From an uncultured Verrucomicrobiae bacterium (lineage in GTDB: Bacteria; Verrucomicrobiota; Verrucomicrobiia; Limisphaerales; Palsa-1400), in assembly GCA_963764165.1 (NCBI GenBank), contig CAVXRD010000001.1, positions 32,001 through 96,000 on the forward strand: a stretch of 64,000 nucleotides of DNA, written 5' to 3'. The notes below the pieces were generated by a model, which saw nothing but the letters and a program-made list of their open reading frames with translations, did no database searches and was not told the origin of the DNA. Numbering within the stretch: the first letter of the stretch is position 1; every line of letters starts with the position of its first letter. Of the stretch, positions 51,001-59,477 are shown in pieces. The position numbers and the translations under genes were made by a program.

Positions 51001-52564
51001 TTACATTCGCCAATCCACCAACGCCAGCCTGCTCAATGGCCTGCGGGAATTTTCGCTCTCGCTGTGGATCAAAACGGCGACGACCAATGTGGATGGCGGA
51101 TTCTTCGCGGGCGCAGATCAAAATTACACCAATCAGACGCTGTCGATGGCCGCCCGGCAATTTGCTTCGTGCGGCAATTACTCCAACGTTATCGAAGTCA
51201 CGGTGCCGACGACCCGCGGGGTGGTCCGGCACATCAGCGCCAGCGGCGCCATCCAGCCGATGCAGTGGGAAAACATCACGCTCGTGTGGAGCAACAACGC
51301 GGCGCCTTCTCTCTACATCAACGGCCAGCTAGACCAGCCGTATTCCGGTTTCGTCCCGGTGGCGGGCGTGGTCACCAATTGCCCGGAATTTGTCGTCGGC
51401 AACGGCGGTCCGGGCAGTCCCGGTTCGTGGAATGGCTCGGTGGACGACGTCCGGCTATTCCCCCGCGCGATGACTCCCAACGATGTGCTGGGACTTTACG
51501 GCTGGACCGTCTCGAATCACGCGCCGGTCGTCAGCGCCGGCTCGAACATTCTTGTGCAATTTGACACTCCAATTTCCATCATCGGCACGGTGGCCGACGA
51601 TGGCTTGCCGAACCCGCCGGATTTTGTCACGACACTCTGGAGCGACTTTGGCACCAACCCCGTACCCATGCCCGACCCCATGAGTTTGAGCAATCTCGTC
51701 GTGTTCACCAACGGAGGGGTTTATACCTTTCAGTTGACAGCAGGTGATGGCCAGGCGGCCACCTTCAGCCTGATGACGGTTACTTCGGTTCCGCCGACGC
51801 TGCTCAACATCAGCGCGGACGTTCCCGACGCCTATGAATTAGGCCCTGTCCCCGGCGACTTCACTCTGACGCGGCAAGGCGGCGACACCAACGACCCATT
51901 GACGGTTTACATGACGATTTCCGGCACGGCCAGCAACGGCGTAGATTACGTGACGATGACCAATATCGTCACGTTCGCCGCCAACTCCGTCAGCCTCTAC
52001 ATGCCCGTCCTGCCCATCCTGGACAACGTGATCAAGAGCGATGAGCCGGTCATCTTTACCATCGTGACCAATGTTTCCTACACGATTCAAAACGGCCAGG
52101 CCTCGGTGACCATTCACCCATCCCCCTACAGCGAATGGAGCATCGCCAATTTCACGCTGGAGCAATTGACGCACCCCGAATTGTCCGGGCCGGCGGCGGA
52201 TTATGAACCGGATGGCATACCAAACTTTGCCGCCTACGCCTTCAACTTGAACCCGAAAGTCATCAATCCCAATCCGCCTTACCAATGGGACTTGGAGGTC
52301 AGCCCGGACGATAATTTGCTTCACTTGACAGTGACGTACGAGCGCCGGCTTCCACCGCGCGACGTCGAATACGGCGTGTTTGTCTCCACCGATTTGCGAA
52401 ATTGGTTTACGGGCACGAATTACGTTGAGGAATTTTCGTCCGTGCCCGACACGAACAATATCACTGAAACCGTCCGCGCCCGGGCCCTGCGACCCGTGCC
52501 CGGTTCGACCAATCTCTTCATAGGAGTCGGCGTCTGGCTCCAACAAGTCGCGACCGATCCATGA
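45038..52564 (+). CDS. Giant secreted/surface protein: metzincin metallopeptidase, PKD-like, ~10 Calx-beta-like and LamG domains
   Basis: N-terminal TM, HELGHNEGLWH plus YDTMG Met-turn, repeated F..TR.G...SGTA..G.DY, LamG HWPLDDG...LYINGQ...VDDVRLF. Confidence 0.88.
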   Translation: MLGSLRAGLRKTCKSRRSALRRSILLTLIIGAVVLASLSLLRPGDFVSRPPSAPPATLIAGSRPQLPPPSPNAPLPRSVVVVAATNTASPAKVSPKAIPTAEDKFAVWADAFASGASNIAEGKQLAKERRAEMKNLIQTNPQRALAETVPFAWRQQLPPEITAEFEQQLDGRGNLMVAVGTDFSQGTSFVDRRVEMGGKTYQAYVYGRRLIQACQTGIPLHGIALDGKMAVLPDPLRKLGSDEASALAAQSGTPLEEICGVSGQAADSRNQPVYAESGHGILCFCGDDHYALVNRSQALAESGGTAATGDKTTLSGDATIDDAWTEGPKAVLYMRVNFPDDLTEPISEADAYEAMEQVNNYYTSQSYNLTSMDATVTPLLTVPQVKAFYTPDPSLLLADARAAALNAGFDTDNFDRDIVVFTGVPGYTFGGLAYVGGKGVWLQSMGAGVTSHELGHNEGLWHANLWNTTSNFSGIGPGTNLEYGNVYDTMGSANAGIYQFNSAHKNALDWLKADAVQLVATSGVYRIYPMDDPTRVAGRSYAAVVRKDLMRNYWIEFRNLFTGNPWTQHGALLNWAPWELSNGGSHLIDTTPGSPDPSDPDSRDDAAVVIGRTFNDEAAGVHITTLARGATGTDPYLDVQVNVGGFLGNQAPYMDVEVDQTNVAPGTEIHFHASAIDPDGDTMAYAWTFMDDFSFSTNNLPWIGKIWNTAGDHVVRCVVSDMKGGEASANTVVTVGSPGGVRITGRVVDTNGYPLEGVLVGNGTNIVSGFQGCYTDSDGRYIIANVNNTLPLGAIQYGYTFEATTNWTDPLPGTDAVTNADFVGTPLTVVTLAADTNQIWDTDTSTHTFTLARTGNATNELTVQLYISGSAALGTDYSMEPTFPTNYITFEPGTNSIEFDLHSLDNGSAVGPVTATMTATDDTNDVSPAYVLGPLAEASITILVSHPAPKSTISVTTPTPEISETGIDGGQFVFTRDGPTSNSLYVNYSIGGTAVPGMDFAPLAGVVLLAAGQASTTIPMQPLNAYRVASNSTVTVTIASSGSYNVGSSASSTITIDNDATTYVTVFPTVEPATTGSPGVFTVKRDGNLSDALVVNYTASGTAVSGTQYRALSGSVTIPANATTANVSLQPIDTGVLEPDESVTLTLANNYNYDVGLPASATIAITQNEKPTISILATVDSTTAQGTPFGEFVISRTGSTASNLSVYFSISGTAFAGADYLPLSSPEIIPSGSKSVTVDVIPFLNSYLEGTNTVILCLLTNESYNVGSPNTADIFIGPSGSPQEPGIGFCFPSSSYPAFESPGIAVALSLPSTSPVTVSYVVVGGTAPSSRYSLPSGTLTIEPTNEVGIIPLTVLNPISPQPEQTVEVALYNPISASLGAIRVHTYTIQSNDGCAISVSATVSNASRAGPVPGNFRFTRTGPTTASQPVTFEITGTASAPADYQPLGNSITIPAGATYVDLPVTPTDLESVQIGQTVVLTLISASNAAVATPSTAVVNINDNATNIFPVVAVTSTNQPYAVEGGANGAFVITRTGSTAAALTVTLAVSGTATPGSRYTALPTSVTIPAGQTSVTIPVVAINDTAVEGEQTVILSLTVGQTYQIGANAAATVTIQDNDQNVWIDAGVFDAAKYGPVPGQFTFSRFGTTNTPVTIYYTISGTARDGYDYAFITNFIVIPAGQLTTTLQIMPQLTGVVEGPVTVTLTLLANSAYGLGAPRSGTVTIADNYPNLTIRSIITNVLEGSGSNGVFRLSRTGDPNIDFTAYLSVGGTATYGTSYPAFPTNIYFSCGIMSIDLFVSPINDMVADGDKTVTTLIVPNPAYTIGSPSNAVLTINDAGTNETPQVVIDSPVGGVVYLVGTNVGLVLNASATQTNPFINVTWSEVSGPAAFAFTDITNLDTEVLFTNAGIYVLRCTASNGTWQTSADVTAIVAADILSSSNILHWPLDDGAGTNVLDISGRTNNGYLAGSPLWTSNGIIGGALNFDGGSDYIRQSTNASLLNGLREFSLSLWIKTATTNVDGGFFAGADQNYTNQTLSMAARQFASCGNYSNVIEVTVPTTRGVVRHISASGAIQPMQWENITLVWSNNAAPSLYINGQLDQPYSGFVPVAGVVTNCPEFVVGNGGPGSPGSWNGSVDDVRLFPRAMTPNDVLGLYGWTVSNHAPVVSAGSNILVQFDTPISIIGTVADDGLPNPPDFVTTLWSDFGTNPVPMPDPMSLSNLVVFTNGGVYTFQLTAGDGQAATFSLMTVTSVPPTLLNISADVPDAYELGPVPGDFTLTRQGGDTNDPLTVYMTISGTASNGVDYVTMTNIVTFAANSVSLYMPVLPILDNVIKSDEPVIFTIVTNVSYTIQNGQASVTIHPSPYSEWSIANFTLEQLTHPELSGPAADYEPDGIPNFAAYAFNLNPKVINPNPPYQWDLEVSPDDNLLHLTVTYERRLPPRDVEYGVFVSTDLRNWFTGTNYVEEFSSVPDTNNITETVRARALRPVPGSTNLFIGVGVWLQQVATDP

Positions 52565-52666
52565 TTTTTGTGGCGCCTTCGCTGGAAAAACCGAGGCGGG
52601 CAAATCCATCGTTTAGTTGATTCAAGGCTGGCAACCGCGCCGCCTCGCCGCTAGTCTATTGGCAAC

Positions 52667-53254
52667 GTGTCCGACGCCACACAGCTTCTCCAATCCGCAG
52701 CCGCTGGCGATTGCCGCGCCGGGGCCGAATTGCTTCCCCGCGTTTATGACGAACTGCGCCGACTTGCCGCGCATCGGCTGGCAGGCGAACCCAACGAGCA
52801 CACTCTACAACCCACCGCTTTGGTGCATGAGGCATGGCTCAAAATCTCCGCCCCGGACAATCGAGACTGGAATGGGCGCCATCATTTTTTCGCCGTGGCC
52901 GCCGAGGCGATGCGTCGCATCCTGGTGGATCGCGCTCGCCGCCGCCAAGCCGCCAAACGCGGCGGAAACGCCATGCGTCTCGACGCGGACGACCTTGATA
53001 TTCCCGCTCCGGCGCCCGACGACCGTTTGCTCGCCATCAGCGAGGCCCTCGAGAAATTCCAATTGGTGGACGCGCGCAAAGCTGAGTTGGTCAAGTTGCG
53101 CTACTTTGTTGGCCTTACGTTCGAAGAGGCGGCAGAGGTTCTCGGCATCGCCGTCCCGACGGCCAAGGAGTGGTGGGCATACTCCCGCGCCTGGCTCCGA
53201 CTGGAGGTTTCAGGGGCGGGGCCTGGCGAACCAGCGGCAGGCTTGGAATCGTAG
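52667..53254 (+). CDS. ECF sigma factor (TIGR02999/ECF43-like)
   Basis: VYDELRRLA, HTLQPTALVHEAWL, MRRILVDRAR, LRYFVGLT. Confidence 0.92.
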   Translation: MSDATQLLQSAAAGDCRAGAELLPRVYDELRRLAAHRLAGEPNEHTLQPTALVHEAWLKISAPDNRDWNGRHHFFAVAAEAMRRILVDRARRRQAAKRGGNAMRLDADDLDIPAPAPDDRLLAISEALEKFQLVDARKAELVKLRYFVGLTFEEAAEVLGIAVPTAKEWWAYSRAWLRLEVSGAGPGEPAAGLES

Positions 53255-53334
53255 CGTTTGAAATCCGACTGCGGCTGCTCTTTCTTTCGCGGCGGAACAT
53301 ACTTCTAGAGTCCGAACTGCGCTTTACCTTATAG

Positions 53335-54735
53335 ATGGGCGAATCAGATCAAGGCAAAAAGCCGGAACAGAACCGCGAGGCGGCGCTGTTCCAAGCTGCC
53401 GCCCAACTTACCGCATCCGCCCGCGCCATGTTCCTCGATGCCGCCTGCCATGGAGAGACGGCCATGCGCCAGCGGGTTGAAGCATTGCTGGCCGCGTGCG
53501 AGGCCGGAGACTCGTTTCTCGATCCTGAAAAGCCAAAGCCAGCGGACGATCTCATCAAGACCATCAAAGTCGAAAGAGCCGTCAACCCGAATGACGAGGC
53601 CGTAGGCCAGACCATCGGGCGTTACAAGCTCATGGAGAAGGTCGGGGAAGGCGGCTGCGGCGTGGTCTACGTCGCACAACAAATTGAGCCGGTGCGACGG
53701 CGCGTCGCCCTTAAGGTCATCAAGCTGGGGATGGATTCCAAGGAAATCATCGCGCGCTTCGAAGCCGAGCGCCAGGCGCTGGCCATGATGGACCACCCCA
53801 ACATTGCCAAGGTGCTGGATGCCGGAACCGCGGAAAACGGGCGTCCTTACTTTGTCATGGAGCTGGTGCGAGGCATCAAAATTACGGAATACTGCGACCA
53901 GAACCAGCTCAACACCAGGGCGCGCATGGCCCTGTTGATCGAGGTCTGCCACGCCGTCCAGCACGCGCACCAGAAGGGCATCATCCATCGCGACATCAAA
54001 CCTTCCAACATCATGGTCACGCTGCACGATGGCGTGCCGGTGCCCAAAGTGATTGATTTCGGGATCGCCAAAGCGACGGAAGGGCGGCTGACGGACAAAA
54101 CGGTTTACACCCAATTGCATCAATTTATCGGCACACCTGCCTATATGAGTCCTGAGCAGGCGGAGATGAGCGGCCTGGACATTGATACCCGCAGCGATAT
54201 TTACAGCCTCGGAGTCCTGCTCTACGAGTTGCTGGCCGGCAGCACGCCGTTCGATTCCAAGGAACTGATGGCCTCCGGAGTGGACGCGATGCGCAAGATC
54301 ATCCGGGAACAGGAGCCGGTTCGCCCCAGCACCCGCTTCATGACTCTCCAAGACGCGGAATTAACCACCACGGCCAAACGCCGATCCACCGACAGTTCGA
54401 AACTGCTCCACCAACTGCGGGGCGATCTGGACTGGATTGTCATGAAGTGCCTGGAGAAAGACCGCACGCGGCGTTACGAGACGGCCAGCGGCCTGGCTTC
54501 CGACATGCAGCGGTATTTGCGCAGTGAATTGGTTCTGGCGCGGCCTCCCGGCCACATATATCGGCTCCAAAAACTGCTGCGACGCCACAAAATGATGGCC
54601 GTGGTGGCCGGCGCGGTCCTGGCCGGGCTGCTGATGGGCTTGCTCCTGGCCGTCTGGCTGGCCGTTTACGTCCTCCACACCAAGCCGGAGCAACGAGACC
54701 CGACGATTAACCTGGATGGCAAACTTGAACCGTAA
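53335..54735 (+). CDS. Hanks-type Ser/Thr protein kinase with C-terminal TM
   Basis: GEGGCG, VALK, HRDIKPSN, DFG, GTPAYMSPEQ, DIYSLG; one TM near the C-terminus. Confidence 0.96.
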   Translation: MGESDQGKKPEQNREAALFQAAAQLTASARAMFLDAACHGETAMRQRVEALLAACEAGDSFLDPEKPKPADDLIKTIKVERAVNPNDEAVGQTIGRYKLMEKVGEGGCGVVYVAQQIEPVRRRVALKVIKLGMDSKEIIARFEAERQALAMMDHPNIAKVLDAGTAENGRPYFVMELVRGIKITEYCDQNQLNTRARMALLIEVCHAVQHAHQKGIIHRDIKPSNIMVTLHDGVPVPKVIDFGIAKATEGRLTDKTVYTQLHQFIGTPAYMSPEQAEMSGLDIDTRSDIYSLGVLLYELLAGSTPFDSKELMASGVDAMRKIIREQEPVRPSTRFMTLQDAELTTTAKRRSTDSSKLLHQLRGDLDWIVMKCLEKDRTRRYETASGLASDMQRYLRSELVLARPPGHIYRLQKLLRRHKMMAVVAGAVLAGLLMGLLLAVWLAVYVLHTKPEQRDPTINLDGKLEP

Positions 54736-54743
54736 GACCTGCC

Positions 54744-56480
54744 ATGAGCACTGAACAAACTCCGACTGCCTCCATTGCATCATCATCTCAAACAGGGCCG
54801 CGCCGCCGTCGGCGTTATGTGGTTACGGGTCTGCTCGTTTTTGCCGCGACCATCGCGCTGTTCTACGCCGAAGAAGATTGGCGGGGCCGCCGTGCCTGGG
54901 ACAATTGCAAGCGCGAGCTCAAAGCCAAAGGGGTCGTCCTTGACTGGTCGTCTTACACGCCTCCGCCAGTGCCGACTGACCAAAACGTCTTCGGCGTGCC
55001 GGAGATGCAAAAATGGTTTGAAGGCAGAGGCGGGAATGAATTCACCAAAAAGCTGAATTTTCCCGGCCTGAATCAGAACACCAATAGATTTGCCGTGGCC
55101 AACGTGACAATCGGTTTGCCGGGCACAAATCCGCCTGGCAGTTCCACTGTGTTGCAATGGGCCGATGGGAAATTGGCGGAAGCGGAGGCGGCCCAGTTGA
55201 TGAACCAGGCACTGGGACCAACAGCGGTGGATCCCCGGGATCATGGACCTTTCTACCCCATCATGGCCAAAGCGCTTGACGAAGTGCGGCCCGCCCAAAT
55301 CTTTTTGCAATGCCAGTCCACTCCGACTCTCAAGGAATTGGACACATTCCTCTGCAAGAAGCTCGGTCCCAAATCGGATGGAGCCGGGGCGCGAGTTGAA
55401 CCGACTGGCAGCAATTCATACCGCGTGACAACGTGGGAGTCCTATCAGGCCGCTGATTTTGTGTCGTGGAGCCACAGCATGGAGCCCGATCTCGTTTTTG
55501 TTTACAAAGCACTGCAGCGTCCCTATGCGCGCCTGGAAGGAGACTATGACGATTTCAATGGGCTGGTGCCAAACTTCGTCGCGTATCGCAACCTCGCGCA
55601 AAATCTGGCGGCGCTGGCCAAATGTCACATGGTGCTCGGGCAGCCTGAGAAAGCTTTGGACGCACTCACCTTGCTGAATCAATTGCGCCGCACCTTGGAG
55701 TTCCGCCCGTCAGGCAAGGGCACGACATTGGTTTCGGCCATGATCGACGTAGCCTTCGCCGGACTTTATGTTGACACCATCGGTGATGGGATGCGGCTGC
55801 AGGTGTGGCGTGAACCGCAGCTAGCCGCGCTTCAGGCGCAGCTCGATGAAATCAATTTGCGTCCGTACGTGGTGCAAGGGATCGCATTCGAACTGCCCGC
55901 CGGCATCCACCACATCGAGACTGCAAGCTACTGGGAGAAGGCCAGAAATCAGCCAGGAAACAAAACGTCAGGATTCTGGTTTCCTCCTATGCTGCCGCAA
56001 GGCTGGATTTACCAGAACCTGGTTGTCTTCGCCAACCAGGAACAAAAATTGGCTGAAGGCCTGCCTCGCCAGCGGGACGATGTTGTTCCGCACCAAATCA
56101 CCGCCGCGATTTCGTCCGTCGAGGCCGTGGCAGACCACCCATCGCCCTTCAATCTCCTGTCGGCCGTAGCCATTCCCAATTTCACCCGCAGCCAAAAGGC
56201 CCTGGCGCTTAATCAAACCAAGGTCGGCCAGGCGCGGGTGGCCTGTGCGTTGGAGCGTTATCGGCTGGCTCACGGCGAATATCCTTCCACTCTGGATGTG
56301 CTCGCGCCTCAACTCATTGATAAAATTCCACGCGACCCTATCGGTGGCCAGCCGCCGCATTATCACCGCACGGACGATGGGAAATTTCTTTTATACTCGA
56401 TTGGCTGGAGTGAAACCGATCATGGCGGCCAAAGCGGTTCCAACGGCAAGGAAGGCGATTGGGTCTGGATGGTGGACTAA
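54744..56480 (+). CDS. Membrane-anchored hypothetical protein with GspG/pseudopilin-like C-terminus
   Basis: RRRRR then TM; ACALERYRLAHGEYP..L..L....P.DP...LYSIG. Confidence 0.78.
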   Translation: MSTEQTPTASIASSSQTGPRRRRRYVVTGLLVFAATIALFYAEEDWRGRRAWDNCKRELKAKGVVLDWSSYTPPPVPTDQNVFGVPEMQKWFEGRGGNEFTKKLNFPGLNQNTNRFAVANVTIGLPGTNPPGSSTVLQWADGKLAEAEAAQLMNQALGPTAVDPRDHGPFYPIMAKALDEVRPAQIFLQCQSTPTLKELDTFLCKKLGPKSDGAGARVEPTGSNSYRVTTWESYQAADFVSWSHSMEPDLVFVYKALQRPYARLEGDYDDFNGLVPNFVAYRNLAQNLAALAKCHMVLGQPEKALDALTLLNQLRRTLEFRPSGKGTTLVSAMIDVAFAGLYVDTIGDGMRLQVWREPQLAALQAQLDEINLRPYVVQGIAFELPAGIHHIETASYWEKARNQPGNKTSGFWFPPMLPQGWIYQNLVVFANQEQKLAEGLPRQRDDVVPHQITAAISSVEAVADHPSPFNLLSAVAIPNFTRSQKALALNQTKVGQARVACALERYRLAHGEYPSTLDVLAPQLIDKIPRDPIGGQPPHYHRTDDGKFLLYSIGWSETDHGGQSGSNGKEGDWVWMVD

Positions 56481-56607
56481 GGCTGCGATTTGTCAAAAAA
56501 ATCATGTTGATGCGTTATGCGCATGCTTTTTGAGGCGCGAGCGCGCTTTGCCTTATGGATGAACCAACTCGGCAAGCTTGACACATTAACAATAATCACG
56601 AAGACTT

Positions 56608-58860
56608 ATGAAAAAAATAATGAATCCAAATCTCCCCAGGCCCATTCGCCGATTCCCCTGTCTCTGGGCTTGTCTGTTTCTCACCATCCTGGGAGCGGGC
56701 ATTGCCGCAGCGCAGACATCGACGCCCCTTGTAAATGGCGGCGACAACACCGGAACAATCACTTCCGGCGGAACGAATGCATGGACATTTAACGCCAACG
56801 CAGGGGACACCGTGGTGTTAAATCTGGCCTCCACCAATTTCCCCCCGCAGTTCGACCTGTTTGGGCCCGACGGCGCACGGGTGGCGGAGGACTATAATGG
56901 TATTGATGACAGCGTGGCGATCCAGGCCGCCCAAAGCGGTGTTTACACGGTGCTCGTCAGCAGCTACAACGGCGCCGGCAACGGCTCCTACACGCTGCGT
57001 CTGGCGGAGTTATCCCAGCCATTTGCCGTGCCGCCGGTGGCGCTGACCAACGGCGGCGAGAACGTGGGCACGCTGGAGCTCGGAGGCTTGGCGCTATGGT
57101 CGTTCACCGCTAACGCAGGGGATAATTTCGCGTTGCGTTTGGCCACCACCAATTTCTATGGCGCCCTAATTTTGACCGGACCGGATGGCACGGTGTTATT
57201 CAACAACACTTGCTGCCCCGGGCAGGATCTCTCGTTCACCCCCTTCACCGCCACCAATAGCGGCCAATATACCGCGCTAGTGGAAGCGCAAGACGGCGAA
57301 ACAGGCTCTTATGTGCTGCGCTTGGCCCAGATAGCCCAGCCACTCAGCGTGCCGCCGGTGGCGCTGACCAACGCAGGCGCAAATTTCGGATGGCTGAACC
57401 TCGGAGATGTGGACCTATGGTCATTCACCGCTAACGCCGGGGACACTTTCGCGCTGCGCCTGGCCACGACCAATTTCGCCGGCATCCTCGGCATTTACGG
57501 GCCGGATGGCACGGTGGTATACAACAATGCTTGCTGCGCTGGCCCGGATGACTCGCTCACCCCCTTTACCGCCACCTATAGCGGCGCATACACCGTCCTA
57601 GTGGAAGCGCAAGAGGGTGGAACCGGCTCGTATGCGCTCCGTTTGGCCCAGATTTCACAGCCGTTCAGTGTGCCGCCTGTGGCGATGGCCAATGGTGGCG
57701 AGAACATAGGAATGCTCAACCTCGGAGATCTGGACCTATGGTCGTTTACCGCCAACACAGGCGATAATTTCGCGGTGCGATTGGCCACGACTAATTTCGC
57801 TGGCATCCTCAGCATCTATGGGCCGGATGGAAGGGTATTATACAATATCAGTTGCTGCGCCGGCCCGGATGATTCATTCGGCCCGTTTTCCGCCACCAAC
57901 AGCGGCAAATACACCGTGCTGGTGGAAGCGCAAGAGGGCGGAACTGGCTCGTATGCGCTGCGTCTGGCGCAGATCGACCAGCCCTTTAGCGTGCCGCCTT
58001 TGACAATTGCCAATGGCGGCGACAACCTGGGAATGCTCAATCTCGGAGGCCTGGACCTATGGTCGTTCACCGCCAGCGCCGGGGACAACTTCGCGCTGCG
58101 ATTGGCCACGACCAATTTCTACGGGTTTCTTTGCCTCTACGGTCCGGATGGCACCGTGCTGTTCAATAACAGTTGCTGCGATGCCCAGGACATATCCTTC
58201 GGCCCGTTTGCCGCCACCAACGGTGGCGAGTACACCGTGCTGGTGGAAGGGCAAGTAGGCGGAACCGGCTCCTACGCATTGCGGCTGGCCCAGTTCTCGC
58301 AGCCGTTTAGTGTCCCGGCCTTCCTGTTGGCCAGCGGCGGCACTAACAGCGGAATTCTAAGCCCCGCCGGCTTGGACCGATGGGCTTTCAACGCTTGCGC
58401 GTCCGACGAGATTAACGCGCAGTTAGTGACAACGAATTTCTCCTCCAGCTTCAGTTTATATGGACCCGATGGCTCGCTCTTGAGCACCGCGAACGGTTAC
58501 CAAGGACTTGCCTCGGTGGCCTTCGAGGCTACGAATTGCGGCACCTTCACTTTGCTGGTCACCAGTCTCACCGCAAGCGCATCTGGGGACTACGAATTTG
58601 CGTCGGGTGTTCTTTCCCCAGCAGTGAAAATCTGCGCCCCTGCCGTCACGGCCTCCAATGTGGTCGTCACGGGAGTTGGCGGATTGTCCAATGCCGATGC
58701 GAAGTTCATTCTGTTTAGCGCGCCAAACCTCACTGCGCCCAGGCAGATCTGGAACCCCGTCTACACCAATCAATTTGACAAAGGCGGCGTGTTTTCTTAC
58801 ACGAACAGCATCGACCCCACCTCATTACAGGAATATTTCCGATTCCGCGTGACACCATGA
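56608..58860 (+). CDS. Secreted protein of tandem PPC-like domains
   Basis: Signal peptide; six ~107-aa units W.F.A.AGD...GPDG...GxYT.LV. Confidence 0.85.
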   Translation: MKKIMNPNLPRPIRRFPCLWACLFLTILGAGIAAAQTSTPLVNGGDNTGTITSGGTNAWTFNANAGDTVVLNLASTNFPPQFDLFGPDGARVAEDYNGIDDSVAIQAAQSGVYTVLVSSYNGAGNGSYTLRLAELSQPFAVPPVALTNGGENVGTLELGGLALWSFTANAGDNFALRLATTNFYGALILTGPDGTVLFNNTCCPGQDLSFTPFTATNSGQYTALVEAQDGETGSYVLRLAQIAQPLSVPPVALTNAGANFGWLNLGDVDLWSFTANAGDTFALRLATTNFAGILGIYGPDGTVVYNNACCAGPDDSLTPFTATYSGAYTVLVEAQEGGTGSYALRLAQISQPFSVPPVAMANGGENIGMLNLGDLDLWSFTANTGDNFAVRLATTNFAGILSIYGPDGRVLYNISCCAGPDDSFGPFSATNSGKYTVLVEAQEGGTGSYALRLAQIDQPFSVPPLTIANGGDNLGMLNLGGLDLWSFTASAGDNFALRLATTNFYGFLCLYGPDGTVLFNNSCCDAQDISFGPFAATNGGEYTVLVEGQVGGTGSYALRLAQFSQPFSVPAFLLASGGTNSGILSPAGLDRWAFNACASDEINAQLVTTNFSSSFSLYGPDGSLLSTANGYQGLASVAFEATNCGTFTLLVTSLTASASGDYEFASGVLSPAVKICAPAVTASNVVVTGVGGLSNADAKFILFSAPNLTAPRQIWNPVYTNQFDKGGVFSYTNSIDPTSLQEYFRFRVTP

Positions 58861-59249
58861 GCCGGGGCGCCGGCCTGTTTCAGCCCCGTTACGAGCGAAT
58901 ACTGGCAGACAAAGTGCCTCTGGTCACGTTGGGCGCAGGAACGGCATTTCTTCGCGGCCTTCGTTTCCTTGTTGTAAAAAGTCCCAAAGAGGAAAAAGGC
59001 GTCAACGGCCTGGCTCCGATCGCTCCAAATTCAATTTTCCGCATTTTTTCTCCAAAAATCGCGCCAAAAAACCTCTGGTAGGTTTTCTGTCTGCCCGGCG
59101 ATGTGCCAAAGTGCCGCCATGCCTATAAATAATAGGACGGAGAGAAATGGACGGAGAACGGACGGTGGTTTTTGCCCGAGCCGTCGGCCGGCTATCGTGT
59201 CGGGCAGCGATTCTTGGAGCGCATGCCTTGGTTCGCATTCATTATATGA

Positions 59250-59289
59250 AAACATAGGTAAACCAAGGTAAACATAGGCAAACAAAGGT
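59250..59289. repeat. 4 x 10-bp tandem direct repeat
   Basis: AAACATAGGT AAACCAAGGT AAACATAGGC AAACAAAGGT. Confidence 0.85.
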
Positions 59290-59477
59290 TCTTTTTGAAA
59301 AAAGTTGTGAAAACCGCGCGGTTGGAGGACTCCGCCAAAACGCCAAATGATGGTCATTATCGGCAATTATCGCCAGATTTTGAAAAATTCATGAGCGCCG
59401 ACGTAATTCCAGCCGAATCGGGAAGGGGGCTGATAAGACTGGCGCGGGGGGCGGTCTGGTGGCACGTTGCGTCTGTT

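Noticed and set aside
56608..59289. CRISPR array
   Set aside because: Repeats are coding domain repeats or spacer-less 10-mers; no cas genes
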